Part shown: positions 39,743-45,195 of the stretch, piece after piece
Numbering within the stretch: position 1 is the stretch's first letter
Layout: every line of letters begins with the position of its first letter
IMG/VR virus record: IMGVR_UViG_3300045988_169289
Length of the DNA stretch: 45,195 nt
Reading direction: 5' to 3' (one strand)
Source: a virus
Notes under the pieces: model-generated
Seen by the model: the letters and a program-made list of their open reading frames with translations, nothing else
The model's database searches: none
What the model was told of the DNA's origin: nothing
Position numbers and translations under genes: made by a program

Positions 39743-40386
39743 CCGACAGCAACCCGTATCAGCGGACAGCCGAATGGTTCGAGGCGAGGACGGGATGCCT
39801 CACAGCATCCGCCGTCGCCGACATCCTGCCGAGCGTCAAGGCGCTTAAGTCCGGCGAGATCAAGAAGACCTACCGCGAAGCCCGCGAGAAACTGATGAAC
39901 ATCATCATCGCCGAACGCGTTTCCGGAATCGCACGGGACAACTACACCAGCGCCGCCATGCAGTGGGGCATCGACCACGAAGACGACGCCCGCACGGCTT
40001 ACGAGGTCCACACAGGGAACCTCGTGGAGTTGACCGGGTTCATCCCGCACCCCGAAGTGAAGTACCTGGGGGCGTCCCCCGACGGCTTGATTGACGACGA
40101 CGGCATTCTGGAGATCAAGTGCCCGAGCCCCGCAACGCACATCAGCTATCTGCGCGGGGGCGTTGTCCCGGAAGAGTACCGCCCGCAAGTGCTGTTGCAG
40201 TTGGTGGTGACCGGACGGAAGTGGTGCGACTTTGTGAGCTACGACCCGCGAGCGAAGGGGCTCGAACTCTTCTGCGTGCGGTGGACGCCTACGCAGGAAG
40301 AGAGGGACGCCCTGCTCGAAGAATGCAAAAAGTTTCTCGAAGAGACTGAAAAAGTTTTGAATGAATTGAAGGAGAAAGCGAAATGA
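39739..40386 (+). CDS. YqaJ-type (lambda Exo-like) recombination exonuclease
   Basis: The sequence W..ARTGCLTASAVADIL ... GASPDGLIDDDGILEIKCP contains the PD-(D/E)XK D ... E-x-K core typical of YqaJ. It overlaps the erf stop by 4 nt. Confidence 0.8.
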   Translation: MTDSNPYQRTAEWFEARTGCLTASAVADILPSVKALKSGEIKKTYREAREKLMNIIIAERVSGIARDNYTSAAMQWGIDHEDDARTAYEVHTGNLVELTGFIPHPEVKYLGASPDGLIDDDGILEIKCPSPATHISYLRGGVVPEEYRPQVLLQLVVTGRKWCDFVSYDPRAKGLELFCVRWTPTQEERDALLEECKKFLEETEKVLNELKEKAK

Positions 40387-40646
40387 GCATCTACCACGAG
40401 CCAATCTACACAAAACAATTCGAAGTAGCCAGGTTTGCGTTTTGGGTCAATGTTGGGATCCGTAAGGCGGAGAGAATTGAAGTGTCTTTTTGGGATGACA
40501 AGATCATCGCAGGATGCAAAGACGTAGTAATCGAAAAACCGTTGTCGAGCAAACCTCCAAAACCCGACTACGACTGGGCGGCCGACATCTGCCAGGAAGT
40601 TGCTGAAAAGATTGTCAACATGATTGAAGCAGGGGAATGGAAATGA
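40383..40646 (+). CDS. Hypothetical protein (87 aa)
   Basis: It overlaps the exonuclease gene stop as ATGA. No motif was recognised. Confidence 0.45.
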   Translation: MSIYHEPIYTKQFEVARFAFWVNVGIRKAERIEVSFWDDKIIAGCKDVVIEKPLSSKPPKPDYDWAADICQEVAEKIVNMIEAGEWK

Positions 40647-40954
40647 ACGGCTACGACAGAAACATGAGACAACTCGGGGAGACCTCAAGCGCCGCCGAGA
40701 TGTTCCTTGAGAGCAAGGAGCGACAGGCCAGGCGAGACCATTTCGTCCGCCGCATTCAGCTCGAACGCGATCTCTCAAGAACCGCGAACGCGGCTTCCAA
40801 AATGGCCGCTTGCGTTGAAGCACTTGTCGGCGGTGACCGGAAGGTGCTCGAATTGTCTGTCTCGTCTTACGCCAGCACAAGCAGCGAGTTGGTGCGGATA
40901 TTCAGTCAGCTGAGCGAGTTCTACCGAACGGAGGCCAAAGATGCAGGCAAGTAG
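40637..40954 (+). CDS. Hypothetical protein (105 aa)
   Basis: ORF in the operon, helical by composition. Confidence 0.45.
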   Translation: MEMNGYDRNMRQLGETSSAAEMFLESKERQARRDHFVRRIQLERDLSRTANAASKMAACVEALVGGDRKVLELSVSSYASTSSELVRIFSQLSEFYRTEAKDAGK

Positions 40955-41495
40955 AGAACTCCGCCGGGCAGTCGCCAAAGCCAACCGTCGTAGCGGCCGG
41001 AAGACGCAGCACCACAAGACGCCGCTGCAGATTTTGCAAGACACAGGCGTAGGCGTCTTCACGCGGTTCGTTCCGCTCACCGACGATCAAAAGACGCGCC
41101 TGGGACTTGCTCTGCAGGGACGCATTAACAACGTCATGGACGGAAGCCCCAAACGCGAGGACTGGAGTTATCTCTTGTCGTCGCTGATCGAAGGGTATCT
41201 CACCGTCCGTTGCATTGCCGACGACCGAATTCGTGGGGAATGGATGCGTGACGTGAAGGCCGCCGCCAAGTTGTTCGACGCCGCGGTCACGCACTTTCAG
41301 CGCACTGGAATCGTGACGCAGGCCAACATCAGCGCCGTCGCCGGGGTGTTGACTGATCTGGAGGCACTGAAGTACGACGGATCGGTGAACCGCGCGGACA
41401 ACGTGGCGATTCTCAACTACGCGAACGAGAACTTTGAGTCCGTGGTGAAGGAGCTGTTCGACGGAATGCCGCAGTGCGGGCTGTTGGAGGAGTGA
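40941..41495 (+). CDS. Hypothetical protein (184 aa)
   Basis: ORF in the operon with a basic N-terminus. No motif was recognised. Confidence 0.5.
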   Translation: MQASRELRRAVAKANRRSGRKTQHHKTPLQILQDTGVGVFTRFVPLTDDQKTRLGLALQGRINNVMDGSPKREDWSYLLSSLIEGYLTVRCIADDRIRGEWMRDVKAAAKLFDAAVTHFQRTGIVTQANISAVAGVLTDLEALKYDGSVNRADNVAILNYANENFESVVKELFDGMPQCGLLEE

Positions 41496-41497
41496 AG

Positions 41498-41716
41498 ATG
41501 CAAACGAAGTTACTGACTGTTAAGGAAGTCGCCAAGCGCATCAACAAGTCCGTGAGCACGATCTACAGCTACTGTCGTGAGTATTACGACAACGGACAGG
41601 GCAATGGCCCGCGGCTGCGGAAGCGCAAATTTATCAAGCCGTTGCGCATCGGCGGCACCCTGCAATTTAAAGAATGCGAGCTCGAACGCTGGATCGCCGA
41701 AGGCGCTGTATGTTGA
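41498..41716 (+). CDS. AlpA/excisionase-family HTH protein (candidate Xis)
   Basis: MQTKLLTVKEVAKRINKSVSTIYSYC... is the typical N-terminal HTH of small MerR-like excisionases. I chose the ATG at 41498 within ORF 41474..41716. Confidence 0.55.
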   Translation: MQTKLLTVKEVAKRINKSVSTIYSYCREYYDNGQGNGPRLRKRKFIKPLRIGGTLQFKECELERWIAEGAVC

Positions 41717-41862
41717 CAAACGCACAAGAATCCGCGCATAATGCCCGCGTTCGGTTGAACTACCGAACCGGGATTGGCGTCCCGAACGAGTACACGGCAC
41801 ATGATGCCGCCTTACGTTCTGACGTTCGTGCGGATTTTTTGTGCATAGCAGTCTTCCTTGAC

Positions 41863-41935
41863 GGGCAGACTGTATGGGGCACGCTTGCGTGCGCCGGATC
41901 CGTGTACCCGGTACGCCAACCCGTACAGTCTGCCC
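41863..41935. repeat. 12-bp perfect inverted repeat with a 49-nt spacer inside a structured, probably non-coding region
   Basis: gggcagactgta (41863..41874) pairs with tacagtctgccc (41924..41935). The spacer contains the palindrome cggatccg. Confidence 0.75.
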
Positions 41936-41991
41936 ACCCCGATTGGCGTCGGCGTGAGCAGGTTCAAAACTTGTTACACGGAGGACACGCT

Positions 41992-42267
41992 ATGCAAGCG
42001 TTCCAAAGTGCTGCTCAAACGCAGCCGTCAACATTCAATCTCCCGTTCGCCATCACGGCGCTCATCAAACACCAGCTGACCTCCGGCGAAGCCAGGGACT
42101 ACGCGATTATGTCGTGTTCCGAAGCTAAAAACATCCTCATCGCCGCAGCCGATTCGGCCGAAAGCGATAGCCAGATGCTTTCCACCGCAGGGCTTCTCAG
42201 CGTCATCAAATCCGCCGCTTCCATTTTGGAATGCGCCGAACTCCTTGTAAACGAGACGGAGAAATGA
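41992..42267 (+). CDS. Hypothetical protein (91 aa)
   Basis: A strong SD GGAGGA lies 6 nt before the ATG at 41992 within the long ORF 41674..42267. The upstream part of that ORF is dominated by inverted repeats. Confidence 0.45.
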   Translation: MQAFQSAAQTQPSTFNLPFAITALIKHQLTSGEARDYAIMSCSEAKNILIAAADSAESDSQMLSTAGLLSVIKSAASILECAELLVNETEK

Positions 42268-42269
42268 AA

Positions 42270-43046
42270 ATGACACAAGAACTTCTTACCATCACCGCCG
42301 ACGGAACCCCGGTCATTGATACCGTCACCATCGCCGAAGGTGTCAACGTAGAACACAAGGCCGTGATCCAACTCGTTCGCAAATACGAAAGCGATTTCAA
42401 CGCGTTCGGCAGGGTCACATTTGAAATGCGACCCTTTGAAACGAACGGCGGCCCCCAAAAGCGCGAAGTCGCACTGCTCAACGAGGATCAGGCCACGTTA
42501 CTTTTCACCTACCTCAAGAACACCGAAATCGCCCGCTCTCTGAAAATCCGTGTCGTAAAGGCGTTCCGAAATTGCCGCGACGAACTCGCCAAAGCGAAGA
42601 CCGTCCCGACTCAGTTCCAAATTCCCCAGACGATGCAAGAAGCCTTGCGTTTGGCCGCCGATCAAATGGACAAGAACGCCGCGCTTCAGAAACAGATCGA
42701 AGCGGACGCGCCAAAAGTCTCGGCTTACGACGATCTCGTAGACGACACAGGGCTTTTCACTGCCACCGCCGTCGCGAAAATTCTGCATATGAAACGTTGC
42801 GACCTGTTTACTTGGTTAAAGCGCAATCAGGTTGCTTATCAGCAAGGGAAAGATTGGCTTCCTTATTCCTCGTGGGAAAAGAAGCAATGGGCCGTTGTAA
42901 AGATTAGGGAATTGGACAACAAAAAGACCGGCGAACCCATCACCAGCCGACGCCTTCGCTTCACAACCGCCGGAATCTTTCAGATGCACAAGATGATGCA
43001 GGCGCAGAAAATCAACGTGCCCGAACAACTTAACCTCGCTATTTAA
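42270..43046 (+). CDS. Antirepressor: Rha-family N-terminal domain plus KilAC/ANT C-terminal domain
   Basis: The N-terminus is ...PVIDTVTIAEGVNVEHKAVIQLVRKY...LNEDQATLLFTYL (Rha). The C-terminus is ...APKVSAYDDLVDDTGLFTATAVAKIL...QVAYQQGKDWLPYS (KilAC-like). The start is 42264 or 42270. Confidence 0.7.
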   Translation: MTQELLTITADGTPVIDTVTIAEGVNVEHKAVIQLVRKYESDFNAFGRVTFEMRPFETNGGPQKREVALLNEDQATLLFTYLKNTEIARSLKIRVVKAFRNCRDELAKAKTVPTQFQIPQTMQEALRLAADQMDKNAALQKQIEADAPKVSAYDDLVDDTGLFTATAVAKILHMKRCDLFTWLKRNQVAYQQGKDWLPYSSWEKKQWAVVKIRELDNKKTGEPITSRRLRFTTAGIFQMHKMMQAQKINVPEQLNLAI

Positions 43047-43058
43047 AAGGAGCTACAA

Positions 43059-43292
43059 ATGAAACAGATCGATCTCACCCCTATCTACAAGGCCGCCGCG
43101 AAAGTTATGGCAGAAAACGGTATCGAAGAAATCCGCCTCCGCCTTCTGAAAGACGATGACGGTCCGTCCGCCATCGACTTCGAGATCAACGGCACGGGCT
43201 ATATGTCTAACTTCGAGGAATATATCCCCACCATCAAGGCCGTTGAGTCCGGCATGATGAAGTTGGTCATCAGCCGCCCTGACAACGCCTAA
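43059..43292 (+). CDS. Hypothetical protein (77 aa), last gene of the rightward operon
   Basis: SD AAGGAG lies 6 nt upstream. The stop is 12 nt from the intron 3' end. Confidence 0.5.
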   Translation: MKQIDLTPIYKAAAKVMAENGIEEIRLRLLKDDDGPSAIDFEINGTGYMSNFEEYIPTIKAVESGMMKLVISRPDNA

Positions 43293-43345
43293 CATCTTCT
43301 GGCGATCGAGTAGGGGGGTAGGGTCACCCCATCCCCCTCTCACAA

Positions 43346-43374
43346 CACCGTACGTGCGGTTCCGCATACGGCGT
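43346..43374 (-). ncRNA. Group II intron domain V (catalytic hairpin) with CGC triad
   Basis: The minus strand reads CGCCGUAUGCG-GAAC-CGCACGUACGGUG. It matches the domain V consensus (GCCGUAU ... ACGUACGG), with CGC instead of AGC at the catalytic triad position, as in class IIC introns. Confidence 0.75.
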
Positions 43375-43391
43375 TTCGTTTAAACAACTTC

Positions 43392-44720
43392 CTATGAGGC
43401 GAGTTGATACAGCCCCAACCTGAAAAATGCAGCATTTGGGAAGGCATCATGCATATGCTTCGCATGAGCGTTCCACCATGCGCCACGTCCGTTACCCGCA
43501 CTAGCTCTCGCCCTTTCTTCATCGTGGAGCCTCTTCCGTAAATTCTTATAACGTGTCTTCGGCTTCTTCCACGCCAACCAAATTAGCGCTCTGAGGTGGT
43601 GGCGAATCCATTCGTCCATTTCCTCATAAAACGTCTTCCGGTCGTCTTGGCGATAGTAGTTCCGCCATCCCCTCAAAATTGGGGTTATGCGTCCAATCGT
43701 GCTTTTCAGTGAGGTTCCTCGGGCACTGAAGAACACCTTTCTGAGCTTGTCCTTCAGATGGTCTACGGCTTTCTTTGCTGCAATAACCCGGGCGTAGTTC
43801 CCTCGTGAGAAGGTATACCCAAGGTAGACAGATTCGCAGGGCCGAAAGGTACCGCTCTTGTCGCGGTTGACCCGCAACTTGAGCTCCTCCTCGATGAAAC
43901 GCGTGATATGGCGAAGAACCCGCTCCGCCGCTGTCTTTGACCGCACGTAAATGTTGCAGTCGTCCGCGTAGCGGCAGAAGTGCAGGCCCCTCTTTTCAAG
44001 CTCTCTGTCCAATTCCGTCAGCATGATGTTTGACAGCAACGGACTCAGGGGGCCGCCTTGCGGGACTCCCTCTATCCGCGGCTTCACCAAGCCGTTTTCC
44101 ATAATGCCCGCGTTCAGATACCGACGAATCAGTTTGAGAACTGTTTTATCGTCGATAACTTTCGCGATGATCCCCATCAGCTTGTCGTGATTGACCCGGT
44201 CGAAAAAGCTTTCCAGGTCAATTTCCACTACCCATCGGTATCCGTCCTTGACGTATTGCTTCGCCTGGCTTACCGCCTGGTTGGCACTGCGTCCCGGTCG
44301 AAAACCGTAGCTGTATTCTGAAAATTGCGGCTCGAAATCATCCTGCAGAACGATCACCAATGCCTGCTGAATCGTCCGATCCAGCACAGTCGGGATGCCC
44401 AGCATTCGTTTCTTGCCGTTGGGTTTCGGAATGTCCTTCCTCCTTACAGGGCAAGGAATATAGGCTCCGTTTTCCAGTTTTTGGTTGATAGAACTCCCGT
44501 ACTTCTCCAGGAGAGGCAACAGCTCATCAACGGTCATGCCGTCAACGCCGGCACTCCCTTTGTTTGCTATCACCTTCCGCGCCGCTTCTTCCATACTCAT
44601 ACAGACGTATTTAATCCGCGGGTACGCTCTAGGTTGCGCTTTCGTCCAAGACAGTGTCGCCATGTTCGGTTTGCTCCGCCTCTTAACCTGCCCATCCCGT
44701 TCAGCAACTTCCGTTTGCAT
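43392..44720 (-). CDS. Group II intron-encoded reverse transcriptase/maturase (no endonuclease domain)
   Basis: The ORF contains KGSAGVDGMT, PKPNGKKRMLGIPTVLDRTIQQA, FCRYADDCNIYV (YADD motif) and the maturase X motif ILRGWRNYYRQ. It ends shortly after domain X with no HNH motifs. The true start is probably internal (M20, M41 or M43). Confidence 0.9.
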   Translation of the reverse strand: MQTEVAERDGQVKRRSKPNMATLSWTKAQPRAYPRIKYVCMSMEEAARKVIANKGSAGVDGMTVDELLPLLEKYGSSINQKLENGAYIPCPVRRKDIPKPNGKKRMLGIPTVLDRTIQQALVIVLQDDFEPQFSEYSYGFRPGRSANQAVSQAKQYVKDGYRWVVEIDLESFFDRVNHDKLMGIIAKVIDDKTVLKLIRRYLNAGIMENGLVKPRIEGVPQGGPLSPLLSNIMLTELDRELEKRGLHFCRYADDCNIYVRSKTAAERVLRHITRFIEEELKLRVNRDKSGTFRPCESVYLGYTFSRGNYARVIAAKKAVDHLKDKLRKVFFSARGTSLKSTIGRITPILRGWRNYYRQDDRKTFYEEMDEWIRHHLRALIWLAWKKPKTRYKNLRKRLHDEERARASAGNGRGAWWNAHAKHMHDAFPNAAFFRLGLYQLAS

Positions 44721-45076
44721 TCCGGGCGTTCAGTCACCGTGCCGGTGTTATTCTGGATGTCGTACTCGACTCATGAGAGTCACTGTTTCTACTCACGTTT
44801 AAACGTTCGGCCCTTCAGGTTACCCCTACTATGGCCTCTGCTGACTTCCGCCACAGCCTCCGATCTGCTCCCGCTTCTCGTAGTTCCGAAGAACACTGTG
44901 ACGGATCTCCCCAGGTATGACGCGTTACTTTCCCACTTTACCTGTCAGATCTACCTTGCGACCATGTCCCGGCTGAGTATTGGGTTTGAGTATGAGAGCC
45001 CTCTTCCCCGATCGCCTAGCCTCATATCTGCTTCCTGTTCGTCAGGCCAGTGGTTTGCTATCGACTTCCTTCAGAC

Positions 45077-45195
45077 CCCTCGTTACCGAGACGCCCTTAT
45101 CGAGTTGCTAGCTCTTCCCCTTCAGCGGGTGAGCAGGGGACTCACACCCCTTAGTAACGCGCCCTGCTGGGCGCACTCACGAAAATCCCCGCCAA
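45077..45195. repeat. Terminal direct repeat copy 2 (identical to 1..119)
   Basis: Exact 119-bp identity with the window start. Confidence 0.9.

Larger units (their letters stand above)
43305..45176 (-). mobile_element. Group II intron, class IIC-like (about 1872 nt)
   Basis: The 5' end is GTGCGCCCAGCAGGGCG..., starting at plus coordinate 45176. Domain V lies at 43346..43374. Domain VI has a GUGA loop and a bulged A at 43311, 7 nt from a 3' end ...CUCGAU at 43305. An RT/maturase ORF lies in domain IV. The intron is inserted 8 nt past a terminator stem. Confidence 0.85.

Noticed and set aside
41674-42267. A single 197-aa CDS covering the whole ORF
   Set aside because: A strong SD precedes the internal ATG at 41992, and the upstream 275 bp is dominated by nested inverted repeats. 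I annotated only the 91-aa C-terminal part, but this remains uncertain.
43392-44720. Reverse transcriptase as part of a diversity-generating retroelement (as in BPP-1-like phages) or a retron
   Set aside because: The ORF is embedded in a ribozyme with a GUGCG 5' end, domain V and domain VI, and it carries the maturase GWxNYY motif. I saw no template/variable repeat pair near the tailspike and no msr/msd-like structure.
1-45195. CRISPR arrays, rRNA genes, transposase/IS elements, tail tape-measure or sheath genes
   Set aside because: I saw no regularly spaced short repeats, no rRNA-like sequence and no transposase motifs. The tail module is podovirus-like (tubular A/B and internal core proteins), so long-tail genes are not expected.

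Overview
The window is one complete, circularly closed temperate phage or prophage genome. Bases 1..119 are repeated exactly at 45077..45195, so the unit length is 45076 bp. The structural module is podovirus-like (T7/BPP-1-like), with no tape-measure or sheath genes. A long minus-strand block runs from 36676 down to 142. In order it holds a Cro-like gene, a DUF1376 replication protein, nucleases and small ORFs, TerS/TerL and a beta-helix tailspike. An AT-rich cargo follows, then a GNAT gene, three small proteins, portal, scaffold, capsid, tail tubular A/B-like proteins and a lysis cassette with an embedded spanin. It ends with four internal-virion/ejection proteins (one of 2078 aa), attP, integrase and an AT-rich membrane-protein moron. 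A plus-strand block (36808..43292) holds a CI-like repressor and an early operon with an Erf/YqaJ recombination pair, an Xis-like HTH and a Rha/KilAC antirepressor. The two blocks converge on a bidirectional terminator, and a group II intron with class IIC hallmarks is inserted 8 nt past its stem. The contig ends fall inside that intron. Three observations stand out. (1) The 10-mer CGTCCATAAA occurs six times, always at gene-block boundaries, and is usually followed by a hairpin that occludes the ribosome-binding site. (2) A plus-strand cassette sits inside the late operon: a Mu Com-like zinc-finger gene, then a perfect hairpin burying the SD and ATG of a glycine-zipper/coiled-coil protein, then two small genes. 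(3) An AT-rich island downstream of a mosaic tailspike carries a candidate HEPN-like (RNDLLH) protein with an overlapping small partner. I found no tRNA gene, CRISPR array or phage RNA/DNA polymerase gene. All protein calls rest on motifs read from the translations, not on database searches.
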